NCBI GenBank assembly: GCA_034780895.1
Contig: JAUZTB010000107.1
Location: forward strand, 22,665,683-22,729,650
Direction of reading: 5' to 3'
DNA length: 63,968 bases
DNA from: Rhynchobatus australiae
Lineage: Eukaryota
In this document: positions 1 through 13,644 of the stretch, one piece after another
How the letters are laid out: every line of letters begins with the position of its first letter
Position numbering within the stretch: the stretch's first letter is position 1
The notes under the pieces: model-generated
The model's input: only the letters and a program-made list of their open reading frames with translations
What the model was told of the DNA's origin: nothing
Database searches by the model: none
Program-made: the position numbers and the translations under genes

Positions 1-359
1 CAAATTATAATTTTCATTATCTCAGAAAACTCTATTGCTCCTATTCAGTCTTTGTCAATGATTTATTCTGATTTATAGAGCTAGAATAGCCATCTGCCAT
101 GGTATCCTTGCAAAGCCCTGTACAGCAATTACCAAAAATAATTTAAGACTTCAGCAACTATTACAGGCTTATATCTTATTTAACAAGAAAAAGGACTTAA
201 TTTAATAATCAAAAACTATATTAAGGACCACAAAGAATAGCAAAAAAAATATTTAGGAATACCATTAAAAATACCAGCAGAACATGCTGGTATTCATGGA
301 GAATCACAAATATTTATGCCACAGAAGAAGGCTACTTGGCTTATGGTATCCAAGGCAAC

Positions 360-650
360 CCCTTCAAAACACTAAATATGAAAATCTTACATATTTAGCA
401 AAACTCACAAACATGTGAAGGGGCATTCAGGATAATATTGAGATCCTTGAGGCCATGCATCAGGAGTACACAAAAGCCCTTTGTAAGTGGTGATTGGAGG
501 GCACCACTTCACAAACTACCCACCCATCCACTCCATCAGCCACCTCCTGCCACATCCGTGGAAAAGTATACAGTCCCCATATTGGCCTTTTAAGCCAGCT
601 GAGAACAATAAAACTGAAGTGGAAGTAAGTCATCTATACATTGTAATGAC
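360..650 (+). mobile_element. RTE-clade LINE 3' end remnant
   Basis: Collinear similarity to 45300-45550 (acccacccatc...gtggaaaagt...attggcct...gtggaagtaagtcatc). Confidence 0.55.
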
Positions 651-899
651 ATTTATTTTTATTCATTTGATAAAGATTAATTAAATTCATTATCTATGAC
701 CAAAAGAACAGAGTTTGTCTTAGGTTACACCACTATTGAGAGCACATTTCAAAGGGAGTCACAATTTTCAGCTTTACGGCATTGAAATAAAATACTCATC
801 CATTAAAACAAATTTTGCTTTGCAAACAGCATGTTTATGATTTTTGTGTGGCGCCTGTTGGATCTTGAGTTAAAGCAGACTTCTGCAGCAGGGTCTCGA

Positions 900-1930
900 A
901 GGGCAAGTGTTGTAGTGCTGTTGTTGTAGACATTGTCCAAGTTTACGTCTCAGACTCACCCTTGTTTATGTCTTTTGGCTAGCTTTAGTTAGATAAGATC
1001 AGTGCATGAAACATGATGCCATGAAGATATTAGGGGGAGACCTGGGTAAGCAGCCTTCCATAGAAGCAGAACTGAAGTTCTTGCTGCTCACATGGAACAT
1101 TGATATTAGAACCTTATCTGTACTGGACCAGGGCAACAGGTCCCTAAATAGCATACCAGTCAGTGCATGTTGCTTGTCGTAGTGTTAATGCTTCAAAAAT
1201 GATCTTTTATATTTTAGTGGCAGGTCAGTTTGCCCAGGTAGCTGCAGAAATTACATTTTTCAGTGAGGTTCTAATAATCCTGAGAAGACTTGCAGCACTG
1301 GATGATTCTTGAAAGTTGCAGCTGTGGACTTTCATGCCCGACTGTGGTAAGTCTTTGAATACAGCTCCAGTTTTCATCTTCTTCTGAAACCTTGCCTCAG
1401 TGTTGATTGTGGGTCAGAGCAAATTCTTCCCTTTCTGAAGGCTCTCTGCTCATTTGGCCAGGATGTTTTGAAGGTTGAGTGTGAAGCAGGGAATTCTTAA
1501 GCAGCTTCTTCAGTTTTGGGAGGTCGTCGTTGTCTTCGAGTGGGCTAGAAGTTGGGTGTAACAGCAGTGGCAATAACCTTTGGCGTTAGGGCTCTGAGGC
1601 TACATTACCTGTGGAGTGAGGCTCAGAGATTCATGCTGGAGTTTGGGAAGTCCAGATTTTCTCTGCTTTCTCTCCATCATGGCTATCTGTCTTCATCCAG
1701 GGAATCCAGGTATGTTGTTGCTGTATCCGATTCCTGGGTGGGGTTAGACACTGCCAGCTGCCTTTCACTCTCCTGAGACCAATGCAGGATATATTCCCAT
1801 CTAAAGACACATACCATGGCTGTCACTATCAAACATCAGACAGAGTGACTATAGTTTGGGAGAGGTGATGCTCTCTGGATGGCTTCTTTGGCAGGGCCTG
1901 TGAAGGAGAGCCACAAAGCCATTCAGGAGT
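900..1930 (-). mobile_element. Degenerate Vingi/Ingi-like (I/Jockey group) non-LTR retrotransposon fragment
   Basis: Broken minus-strand translation EYILHWSQESE..LDSLDEDR..WRESRENLDFPNSS..ARFQKKMKTGAVFKDL resembles the recalled Vingi RT region; many stops. Confidence 0.45.
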
Positions 1931-3202
1931 TATACTATGCAGTTTTACTTTCCATTGTGCCTGAAATTAATTGTTTTGATTTGAGAAAAATTGTAAACTT
2001 ATCAGGAAAAACAGTAGCAAAAACAATTGCAGGAACATGGGTTGGAAGGTAGGATACTATTACTTCAAGATAAATTCCTACCTTAGATAATTCATACATG
2101 TGTGTGTGTTTATAAACAAATGAATGATCTGGGTGTGAAAATGCCAACTTATCTATCAAGATGGAAGTGTATGGAGCCAAATGTTTACTTGTGAAGATTT
2201 TAAGCAGGTGGGCACAGAGGTATGGAGGAAGGGGTAGCAGTGATTACAATAAAAGGCTAATAAATTATGATGTGTATTTTTTAATGAAAAAAATTGATCT
2301 GTGCACAATTAACCTTGTGGTCATTAATGGGGATAGAGTGCCATCTTGTGGTTTTGTATGATTTATATATTTACCCAAGTAAATCAATGCCTAGAAAATG
2401 AATGACCCTATGCAGTTGCTTTCAAATGTAGACACACAATCAACCAACGAAGATTTTGCCCAAGGGCTCACTGTTGCAAGATTCATAGTTCACAGGTACT
2501 GAAGGAAGGTTGTCGGAGTTGGAGGCTGGTAGGGTGTTGGACCAGAAGGTTGTCAGGGGTGTGTCAGGACAGGATCGGAGAGGAGATCATTGGGTTGGAA
2601 TAAAGAAGTTGGGGGGAGAATGCTTGGACTATGATAAGCAGACTAGGAAGTTCAGTCAGTGTCATGAATTTAGAGGATGGAGATTATGATTTGGTGAAAG
2701 AACAGGGGAGAAAAACTGGGTGTGTACGTTACTGAAACAGGAGCTATTAGAGGTGGATTCCCACTGCCAGACTTGACAGGCTGGGATCTCCTCACACTGG
2801 TTCACTTTAATTAAAAACAGAAAATGTTGGGACTACTCAGCAGAAATATGTATCCCTTTAATTAGTACGGAAGCCGACCTCACAAGCACCATGATGATCG
2901 GTACAAAAGTGCACTCATCATCCATGGACCATGCATACATGGGCAGAAATCCCAGAATCATGTCAAACAATGTGCACTTCCAGATAACGGATGCCACTTG
3001 ATGTGACCTGATTCTTCAAAGGTTAGCACTTGAGACATACAAAGGACTCGGGGCAAAGGGAAACTCTGTGCAACCTGTCATAAATCCCTGAATTTCCTTT
3101 ACATTTGATTTGAAATTGAACTGCAGTGCATAAGAAAAAAAATTGAAAAAGTACTGCGAGGGCCTACCTTTGCAAGACTGGCCAAGTTCATTCAATTTCT
3201 AT

Positions 3203-4960
3203 ATTCTTCTTCTTAGGCAGATCCTTGGGATCCAGAATGATTTGCTTCCATTCTGGTTCTGAGGTGATGGATGAAGACAATGTGGGAACCTCAAATATTT
3301 TCAAAGCTGGGACAGGAGGTGTGTGATGAGCCACATGGCAGGCTAGTTTGGGAGCTGCTGCACTCCGACAATTTATGCAAGTTCTCTGTGGTTCTCAAGA
3401 CCATCTCAAGAGCTCCTTTTGCACCTTGAGCAGTCATAGGCCACATATTCCCCAGCAACAGTGGGGATGCTGCATTTCTTAACACATCTTTGATTCTTCT
3501 GTCCACTTGATAATCTTTTCCCATGACAGAATAGTGCATTTGAGTCTGATGGGGGGGAATGCACGGTCTCCCAACTGAGTGTAAATGGGGCCTCAGTGAT
3601 GGGGATGTTGGCCTGGGAGATGAAACTGTTGTTGATTCCTTTATCCTTCCAATGACTTTGGAGGATTCTTTTTAGAGATGGTGTTGGTGATATCTTTCCA
3701 GTGCCTTGAAGTGCCTGCTGTAGATACTCCAGACATTAGGAACGTGTAGTATAGAAGGACAGAATCCTGCCCCAAAGACCAGAAGCTTTCAAACTTTTTT
3801 TCAGATGAGCAGTCTTAACCAGATGCTTCAACCATGTGACTTAATAATAATAACTAGCTATCTATAAATTTAATGATAGGCACAACCAAACAATTGTTAT
3901 TAGCCTTCAAACTACTAACATTGAATGTGTTGATCCTTACAAGCAGTGATCAGTTTTAAAATCACAAGGTGAAGAGGTGTTAACAAGCTGCTGTCTGTTG
4001 TAACAACAGCTGAGGTGTAAACAGCAGACAATCTCTCTCTCTCTCTCTCTCTTTTCTATGCATGGTTGAGCCATGAGTAAAATTGGCATTGGCATCCTAT
4101 TTTTCTTAAACATCCCATGTCCCACCCATAGGTTGTGGCCCCCACTTTGTAAACCACTGCAATATATCATGAGTTTTGTGCTAGATCACCTATTCTTCCA
4201 TGGACCAAAAGCTGTGTGTTGCATTGAAGGCAATAGTGAACTGCTTCAACCTTCGCTGGAAGGTGCCTTCCGATGTATGAGAAGTGATCCATGTTTTACA
4301 GTATTTTACCCTGAACCTTTATTGTCAGATGGCCTTGTTGCACCATGGTAGCAGGTTGGTAGAAGACCTGTCTTGTGGATGTTGAGTTAAAGGCCCATCC
4401 TCTTGAATGTTCAGATGGCTCGGAGCTCAGCCATTGAGTGTGTGTAAATGCAAGCATCGTAAACCTTGACTGCAAACTGCATGTTGACTACTGAGATTTG
4501 GATGACCTTGGTTCTGCAGTGCACTTGCTGTAGGTGGAACAGTTTCCCATTTGTTCTGAAGAATTAATTCCATTGCTGCAGGAATTTCGATGGAAGTAAG
4601 TGCAGGATTGCAGTGAGAAAGATTGGAAAATGTACTGTTTGACACCAGTCTTTACTGAGATCAGCTGCTGCAGTCCCACTAATTTGGACCATGGCTTCTA
4701 GGCCATCCTGAAGCAAACAGGAGATGAAGACGCATTTTGGTAGCCCTCTAAGTTTGAGAAGAGTACTTCATGATCCCTCCCAGTTGATGGAGTCAAATGT
4801 TTTAGTGGGGTGGAGAAAACCTCTTCAGCTGCCTCCTGCTAGTGGCTGAAGAGCTGCTCCCCAAATCATAATGTGGATTTTGTCTACCAAGATGCAGAGT
4901 GGACATGATCTTCACCAGGCAATAACTCAAAAAAAGATCCAAGGAGCAGAACTAGGCACT
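3203..4960 (-). mobile_element. RTE (BovB-like) LINE fragments with 3' tail
   Basis: Minus strand gives WSIYSRHFKALERYHQ..ILQSHWKDK. The 3' end reads tggaagcaaatcattctggatcccaaggatctgcctaagaagaagaa (GAA tail). Interrupted by non-LINE sequence at about 3840-4020. Confidence 0.65.
4033..4052. repeat. (CT)n microsatellite
   Basis: Seen directly. Confidence 0.9.
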
Positions 4961-5799
4961 ATACATGGCATTTGTTGACTTCATCCTGTCCAACAAAAAA
5001 TAACTACATTGAATATTGGCAAAGGAAAGAGATGTATTTGCATATTTTGTATTGCCCTTTGTTTTTTTCAGATTTAATTGTAACTCCTTCTGTAGAATTA
5101 ATCTGATTTTTGTAAAGTCTATTTATAACCAACTGCAAAGATTACATATATTGACTGCTACAATTGACCTCCCATACATACTTAATGCCATACTTAATCA
5201 TACCTACCATTATTTATGTGTTTGTAATTAGGCAAATTTAATTCACATGATTGATTCTCAGCAATGATCCACAACCGCCATCCAACTTCTGCTTTTTCTG
5301 TACCTGTACCAGAAAACAATTTCCAGCTCTGAGTAAAATTTGAAATTCATACATCTTACTCTGTTCTTTGTCTTGCNNNNNNNNNNNNNNNNNNNNNNNN
5401 NNNNNNNNNNNNNNNNNNNNNNNNNNNNNNNNNNNNNNNNNNNNNNNNNNNNNNNNNNNNNNNNNNNNNNNNNNNNTACTTTGTTCTGCAACTCAGTGGT
5501 TTAACTTCATGTAATTTTTAAAGATAAACTTGGTAATATGCAACTTTCTTCCTCATATCATTGTCAGGGCCTCTGCTATTGGTATAGTGTACAGCCACAT
5601 TTCCCTTTTTTGTGTGGAGCTTGAGGAATAGTTGGAACATGGCAACAAGATTGAGCCACAGTCTGGTTCGGGCTAAGACCAGTAACCATTGAGCAAGGTG
5701 GAGTTGGTGGTGCTGATATCTTTTCCAGAAATAGACAAAGTACTCTGGCTCAGACCTGATTAGTAAAGGATACTAAACATTTAACTTTAGAAAGTTAAA

Positions 5800-6400
5800 G
5801 CTCTTCCACTACTGGATGCCTGCCAAGCAGTTGAAGAGCATGGAGGTGGAGGAGAGTTTGAGAGAGGTGATGGAAGGGTAAAGCTGGTAAGGAGGTAGTG
5901 AAAATTTGAAATGGACTCCATTTCTATGAATTATGATGTGAAGAGCCACATGTACTGGAAAAGCAGGTGGATTCATGGAGCCATCCAAGGTGGTGGTGTG
6001 GCAACAGAAAGAGTCGAATATATTCCAGCTACAGGGAGAAGGGTAAACATGGAACATCAAAATTAATGCATGATGCTGGACAATGGAAGAAAGACAGTGA
6101 AAAGACCATCACATAGGCCTCTGCAGGAAGATGCTATGCAGCAATTATTGGATTTGATTTTTAAATCAATATGCCCAGAGGAAGTTTTGGTTCATTCAGA
6201 CCTCTAAGTTGATAATATAGCGGGCAGTAGTCATGTGGACAATTGAGCAAACGACATGATAAATGATTGAGAGGCAGCCAAGAGTGGGACACCACACGGG
6301 CATGAAAAAGACTGTGAAGTAAATGAAGGTAAATGTTTGGAGGGGCAGAGACAATTTTTGGGTGCAACCAGAGGAACCAACCATATTTGTATTGGCAATT
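5800..6400 (-). mobile_element. Old L2-like LINE fragment
   Basis: Purine-rich on +; the reverse complement resembles the L2 RT/3' region at 51040-51960; highly decayed. Confidence 0.35.
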
Positions 6401-6504
6401 TAAGAATAGTACACTAGAAGCTAGTCAGTGCAGAATATTTGTTGTAAGGAATTTGGAGCTGCTCCTGATTCTCCTAAAAGACTTTCAGTAATAAGGGAAA
6501 ATCA

Positions 6505-6625
6505 AATAAGCTGCAGATGCTGAAAATCTGAAACAAAAATAGAAAATGCTGGAAACACTCAAGAGATCAGCTCAGTAGAAAGAGAAACAGATTTAATGTT
6601 TCAGGTCAGAAGCCTTTCATCAATA
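6505..6625 (-). mobile_element. Penelope-type terminal repeat copy with degenerate hammerhead core
   Basis: gctgcagatgctgaaaatctgaaacaaaaatagaaaatgctggaaacactca arm; minus strand TTGATGAaaggcttctgacctGAAACattaa. Confidence 0.55.
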
Positions 6626-7642
6626 GTAAGAGGTCTGTGGAAAGTACATGGAGTTTTAAACTGAACAATTGGATGTTCATTGCACAAGAACACACTGGAG
6701 AGAGTTCCTGCTTTGGTGGCCTATTGTATATTCAACATGAGGTTGAAGATTAACAGGGCAATTCATATTCTTCACTAAAATCCAAAAAGTTGGATGTAAA
6801 TATTCACTATTGAATTCCTACCTCAGGTTTCCTGTGAGTTTCAAGCCATTGACCAAAGACCCATGACGTGTAAATGATAATTGGGAGAAGATGTATACTG
6901 AACTCCTCAAATACCTTGAGTTCACTCCTGCAGTCAACAAGCCCAGGATCATCAGAGGATGGGTCATGGTTGTTCCTGAGTATAAGCAAGACACCATTTT
7001 GACATGCCTTGAAAGAAAAGGGCTTAGATTTCAGGCCTTAAAACCTTAACTGGTTTTTGACATTTCCACACTCATAGCCAGGAACGCAATTGAACTCAAT
7101 CTTGAGGCCAGCCTTGAGGTTTTCCTTCCCCTTTGAAGCAGCTTTAATTTTTTTTGGCTGCAGTGCATTGCTTCCCACTACTTCTACCTATTTCTCCCAT
7201 TGACAGTGAATGGTTGCCTCTTTATGTGGGTTGAGGGAAGTCCCAGTTTTAAAACAACTTTTCAAATGGTTAGCCAGCCTTTAAAACTGTTTCCTCTGAT
7301 GAAATTGTCGCAGTGTTCTGATTTTTCATGGCTAAGAGGTGAGAAAACAGTCTAAACCAGTTTGATAAGAATTCACAACATTTTACACTGGGCACTGCTG
7401 TGGCCTCTAAATAATAACTTTTTTCCTTGTTGCAAACTTCAGAAAGTTGCATATTGAGTACAGGGGCCTGTTCATCTGGTCAGGTGAAGAATATGAACTT
7501 AAATGGCAAATAATTATTAATCTTTCATTTCTTTGTCATCTAGGTAATCATTATTTTGTATTTATCGAATCCAACTCAGTGGTGGAAAAATAATGAATGA
7601 ACATGAAATTTAGTGAATGTTAACCTTTTGTTTTATTTTAAG

Positions 7643-7726
7643 TATGAAGAAGGAAAAAGGAGGATAAAACCCAGCTATAAAAGTGTTGACCTCTCTGAAC
7701 TGGAATGGGAAGACAAGGATAATATT
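7643..7726 (+). CDS. CACNA2D3: CACNA2D3 coding exon (84 nt)
   Basis: ttttatttaag-type acceptor; YEEGKRRIKPSYKSVDLSELEWEDKDNI; GTAAGT donor; phase 0/0. Confidence 0.93.
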
Positions 7727-8439
7727 GTAAGTCCCTATTTTGTCTTGATTTTTTTTAAAGCAGCATTTCAAGGATAGGTTTCTAACTTTGTGCTTACAAT
7801 GCTCTTTATCCATCAGATGGATAAACATCAAATGCAAGTGCACTTTAACCTTTTAAATTAAATACATTCAAATTTCTGTTATCCATTGCCAGCACATAGG
7901 ATTCCTCTTTGAGAAAATGTAATCAAAATACATTGTAATCATTGTAATGTGTTTTTTCTATATAGTGCTACATCTGTCTTAGCTCCACCCACAAAAGAAC
8001 AAAATAAATTAAAAACTAAGTTACTGGAAACATTTGTGGAGAAAATGGGAATAGTCACATTTGCATTGTGATTTTTTTTCCCCAAAAACAATAAATAATT
8101 GAGGGAGGTACAAGCAGAAATGGGAACTTCTTTTCTAAGAAAGGCACACTTAAATAAGTAGTGAAAAAGATATGGAAAGTCATTTGGATACTACTAACCC
8201 CAACCCAGCAAAGATGCCTAAAATCGACTGTGATAAAGCTGGGTTCCATGAAAATGACCTGAAGATGTCTTAGTTTCACTGGGGATTCCACAACCAGTGG
8301 TATGTAACACACCATGTAAGCCTTTCAGCTCTCCACCTCTCTGCATAAAATGGCTGCCACATTTCTTACAACATAAAACTCAAAAACCAGCTCACTGGTT
8401 GTTAAACACTTTGAGGTGCCTTAAAGACCCTATATGTAT

Positions 8440-8900
8440 TCCTGTCTTTATCTGTGCATTTTTTCTTTCCTATTGATTTCACTCTTCAGTAGATTTACAC
8501 TAAGTTTAAGATTATGCCCAGTTGTTCTAGATTCAGCCAGGGGATAAAATTGTTTCCTTGCATTGTCCTTAGCCTATTGATTCCCTTTTGCATTTTGAAC
8601 TATTTGATTAGATCTACTCCAGCTCTCTAAACTCATGGAATTGAAGCCAAATTTACAAATCCAATCAACGTACTTTAACTGTTTATCCCTCCATTATTCT
8701 GGTTAATCAGCACTGAAATTCTTTCAGAGCATTCCTGCAGTGTGGTGCCCAGAGCTGAAAGTCATACTCCAGATTGAGTTTAATCAAGGTTCTGTTTAAA
8801 TGAAACATCACTTCTTCATTTTTTTCATTCCACTCCTCTGCAACTAAAGTCCCACATTCTTTTAGACGTTTTGTTTCTTCTTTTTACCTGTTTGTTAATT
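8440..8900 (-). mobile_element. Decayed CR1 LINE fragment
   Basis: Reverse complement resembles the CR1 RT C-terminal region (ctggagtatgac..tctgggcaccaca). Confidence 0.45.
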
Positions 8901-10129
8901 TTGATATTTAATTTTCATATTATCTGTTAAAGACAAATCTAAATGGTGCTTTTGAGAAGGAAAGAAATTTAACATATCATCCAGACAGATCTGTGGTTAA
9001 TTGGATTTTTCATTCCACACTTCTACCATTCCCTCATTTAAACAGTGGAGTGAAATTTGAAATTATGCACTAAATATCCTGTAAATATCTGTCAACATTC
9101 TTAAGGGCTTTGAAATTTAAGTCCCATTATTTTTTCCATTAGCTTTTTTCAAGTTTCTCACCTTTGCACATTTTAGATTCTGGTAATCCCAGTTAAAGGC
9201 ATTCCCCCTACTCTATAAACCAGTGACTGGGTAAGCAGAAACAGTCCACATGTTCATCCACAAACTGTTGTATGAGGCCAGATCCTGTCATATCTAGTTC
9301 TAGAGCTTCAGGTCATTCCAGTAAATTAACACTAAAGTTACGATTTTAAAAATGTAAAACCAAGGCTTAAATAGAATAACTGTTTGGTGAGATAACAAGT
9401 CACCTCATTTAGATAATTAGAAGCATTAAAAAAAAGTGGCAGCCAAAGCTAAGGTTATGGAAGGTCTATGGAAAATGAAGAAAAAGCAAAAAATCCCAGA
9501 TCAATTCTAAAATAAAAATGCATAAAATATAAGCGTAAAATGCCGATGTGGCAGATGCACCTATTCCAAAAAGCAAAAGGACATGTAATCAGAGGCAGTT
9601 GTGTTCCTAGAAAATGGTCCATATCAGAATCTTTTTTTTCCACATAAATTTGATGAGGGTAAATTTTATTCTGTATCTCAAATTTTTGGGTCATAATTTG
9701 TGAATTCTTTAAGAGCAAATTTCTGCTATGCAGATAGCCATAATGCAGTGGTTACCCATACTAACAAAAGTGTGGGCAGTAAACTTAATCAGGGATCTTG
9801 GCATGTGGGTGTCCATGCCCTTAGCAGCAAGTCAGAAAATTACCTTCATGGAATGTTTCTGCTATTAACTATAATTTCCAGTATCTTCCGTACAATTAAT
9901 GTGAGCATTGTGGAAATTTCCATATTATGTGTCTTCATGTTTAATCTTCAGAATGATAAGACATAGCTATATATTTAAATATAACTACTTTATTATAAAT
10001 TTCATAGTTCAACTTTATGATTAATTAACCAGCTATTCTACCGATTAACACAAAGCTGGCTAAGAACATTGTCTCAGTGGTAAATGTGGAGGTTCTGTGA
10101 AAATATTAATTATTTGCACTATTTCATAG

Positions 10130-10201
10130 CTGCGCAATGGTATGGTAAACCGGAAAACAGGAAAATTTTCTATGGAGGTGAAAAAGACTGTGGAAAAAGG
10201 G
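10130..10201 (+). CDS. CACNA2D3: CACNA2D3 coding exon (72 nt)
   Basis: tttcatag acceptor; LRNGMVNRKTGKFSMEVKKTVEKG; GTAAGG donor; phase 0/0. Confidence 0.95.
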
Positions 10202-11770
10202 GTAAGGCATTTCTTCCTCTCTGATTAAACAAAAAGAAACTTAGAACCAAATTGTTCAATCTTTTATTGAAATTCACTTATACAAAGGAGTTTCCTAATA
10301 ATTTTAGGGGAAAATTAGTGATTTGCTACGGAATGTTTAGATTCATCCAACAGTGTACCCATAAATCTTAATTGTTATTGATAATATAGGAAAAGATAAA
10401 ATGTTTTTTTGTTTAAATTAAGATTTCTTGAAGACTTCTTGATATTATTTTTATGAATTTGGGTCAGATACTTGAATGTTAATAATACATAGTTTTGCAG
10501 ATCAAGTTAAATTAGGGGAGTAATATTGAAATAACTCATCTGTAGAAAGCTGATATGGTCCAATTGGCTGCCCATTTTATGCCATACAGTTTTACGATCC
10601 ATTTTCTTTAATGGAGCTAAAAGATCATTAAAGGCATAGACAATATTTGGCAAAGTTTCACCAAGATGAAACCAAGAATGGGAATTTAACATTAAGAGAG
10701 AGAAACTAAAGATACCATACTTCCACTGGGGCAGAGACACCTAAAAGGAGGTTAAATTGAGCTTCTTAAAATTATGAAAAATATAGATAGGGTGTTCAGG
10801 TTGCTGAGAAGGAGTCTTCAATTTAGAATTACTACTGAAAGAATAAAGATATGTTCAGAGAAATTTACTCAGACAAAAAGTGTTGGAGCATTGAATGTTT
10901 TGCCATATGGAGTGCCTGATCTAGAGATATTTGCACCCTTAAGAAAAAGTTACAAGGATATGGATAAATTGTGAGCACTGGTATTGGTTTTGAATTGGTT
11001 TACATGCAAGTTAGCACAAGCTCAATGGGTTCTATCTTCTGTGTTTCCAACACTTACAAACTGCGTGTACATAATGGAAATCCTGTAGCTTTCTTTAAAA
11101 TATTGATGCTACTCCTTTAAAATTTAATTTCAACATTGTTCTGTAATTGACTTCAGGCCATATTGTTATAAAACCACATTTTAATTGTAACTTTGAGGGT
11201 ATAATTTTAGCTTTTACATTGGTAGAAGTTCACATAAATATTTACTCAATTTACAATGTCACATTCACCATTGCTACTTTGGCATTAGGCTTTTTAAGCT
11301 GTTGCAGAAAGGATTGTAAGATAAGTGTGTTTAGAACACATGGGTGAACTTTGTCTTTTAAGTATGGATTTAAGAATGGGCAGAATGACAGGTATGTGTT
11401 CAAAGGATATGGCACAGTAGAAATTGTTGAGATTAAATATATGATTTAGAGCACCATGTGTTAGGACAAAACAGGATATACAGAAGAGTGTTAATCACTT
11501 TGTTCTTTTGAAGTATTTGTTCGAGTTTCAAACTCTGCTCAGGATTTATTACATGGCACCATCAATGACTTAGGTATTTTTACAGATGGTGTAACATGAT
11601 TTTAGAAGTGATTGGTCTAGTGAAGTTTCAAGGATATTTGCAGCAAAGGTGACAAGAAATCTTCTATAGTGGTGACATGATTTACATATATTGAAGCAAT
11701 ACACTGAGGCTTGTATAATCTCCAATAATTTGTCTGCCTGTTACTACTCCTGCTTTATTTTTCATGTTAG

Positions 11771-11832
11771 AAACGAGTCTTTGTGATGACAAATGATTAC
11801 TATTACACAGACATCAAAGGTACTCCTTTCAG
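11771..11832 (+). CDS. CACNA2D3: CACNA2D3 coding exon (62 nt)
   Basis: catgttag acceptor; KRVFVMTNDYYYTDIKGTPF(S); GTAAGT donor; phase 0/2. Confidence 0.95.
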
Positions 11833-11926
11833 GTAAGTTTAATAATTTTTCTACTTAGCTTTTTTTGAATTGAAGTAAAAAGTTTTCGATGCCAGCATAT
11901 AATTATCTCCAATCTCCTGTGTATAG

Positions 11927-11994
11927 TCTAGGTGTGGCTTTATCTCGAGGGCATGGGAAGTACTTCCTACAGGGAAACGTTACTCTGGAAGAAG
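11927..11994 (+). CDS. CACNA2D3: CACNA2D3 coding exon (68 nt)
   Basis: gtgtatag acceptor after a 94-nt intron; (S)LGVALSRGHGKYFLQGNVTLEE(G); GTATGA donor; phase 2/1. Confidence 0.95.
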
Positions 11995-12564
11995 GTATGA
12001 TTAAAGCAATAATATAATACTGAAAATGTAAGCGGAGAGTGATAAGCAGAAATATCCAGTAAAAAAAAGCAGTAAATGCAAGTTTAAAAATGATGCAGAA
12101 GTTAGAGGTATTACTTTAATTTTCTGTTTATGTGCAATTCTTTAAAATAGACTTAGCAGATGGGTTGAACATCCATTGATTCCAGGGAATGGCAAGTAGC
12201 AGATCAGGAACTCTTCTTATATTCCATCTGATTTTTCTNNNNNNNNNNNNNNNNNNNNNNNNNNNNNNNNNNNNNNNTAAACAAGCTGCTGATCGATTAA
12301 CACCTGCTTTTTGCCACCATGGAAAATTAAAATCAACTGTTTATTTTAATATTTTTGGACTGTCCAGCTTCAGAACAATCAAGCGATATTCGTGTAGTTG
12401 TGGAATCAGTCACAAACTCTCCAAAAAAAAATCAATTAAGGAAATAGCAGATCCTTTTATATCTCTAACATTATTTGTAATAATTATTAGCTGTTGTTAA
12501 ATATTATCACAGTTCTCACTAATAATGCAAAAGCACATGGCATCCCAAATGGTTGTGAATGTAC

Positions 12565-12725
12565 AACATAAACAGGAATAGGTCATTTGGCCCCTTATGC
12601 CTGCTCCACCATTCAATAAAATAATGACAGATCTTTTACCCCAGCACCACATTTTTTGCACTAACTACACATTTCTTTATTCCTTAATATCCAAATATCT
12701 TTTGATATCTGTCTTGAATATGCTC
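12565..12725 (-). mobile_element. CR1 3' end
   Basis: aggaataggtcatttggccccttatgcctgctccaccattcaat is the reverse complement of a CR1 tail like 50480-50540. Confidence 0.6.
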
Positions 12726-13644
12726 AGTTATTAAGACTATGCTCAATTCTATAGATCCACAGGTGCAGAAATTTCTTGTGAGTATATTTATGTCAACAGG
12801 TTTTAATTACTATTTCTTTCGAAAGAAGGGCCATTAACTGAATCTAAGATTAAAAGCATGTCTATGTAAAAATAAATCAACAAATATTAAAAAAAAGGTG
12901 AAATTTCAGTGTTGACTCTTTTGAATATTTCACCCTCTCTGAGCAGTCTTTAATAACAGTCATTTCCAAGCCAGATACAGGTTGAAGCTATTATTTATTT
13001 CACATTCTGAGGATGGGAGCTCAGGCATCACCTCTTGGATTCTGTATCAGCTCAGACTAGATGCAGCCTTCTGAGATCCTATCGATTTTAATGGAGATTG
13101 TAGAATAAAAACATTGGAGGCAAGAGTAAGTTAATTTAAAAAAAATTGCTTTGCCTTATTTATAAGTGATTTTGGTTAACTATTACCTATTATTTATATT
13201 TCAAAAATATTTTAAAAATTCTGAGTATCAAAAATGTCTTAGGCTTTGACAGCTTTTACAGCTGACAAAGCTTTGCAAGCTGTNNNNNNNNNNNNNNNNN
13301 NNNNNNNNNNNNNNNNNNNNNNNTGCTGTTCGAACTATAATGCCAGATTCCTGGATGTGGAAGACCTACAAGGTAGGCACTCCACCTCCAGACAAGTTCT
13401 GTGCCTGCAAGATGATCATCAAGATGGCCCATTATTGCATATTTACCTGTGTTGAATTTCGTTTGCCAATTATCTTCATTATGCAAGCTTATTAGGGTCA
13501 ACCTATAATTTGTTGCAGCAATCCTCAGTGTTGCCTATCCCTCCCAGTTCAGTGTTGCAAGTTTAAGAATTATGTTTCTAATGTGTGATGGTGAATAAGG
13601 AGCTCCTAAAGAATTACAGAGCATCATGACTGCTCAGGCTTTCA

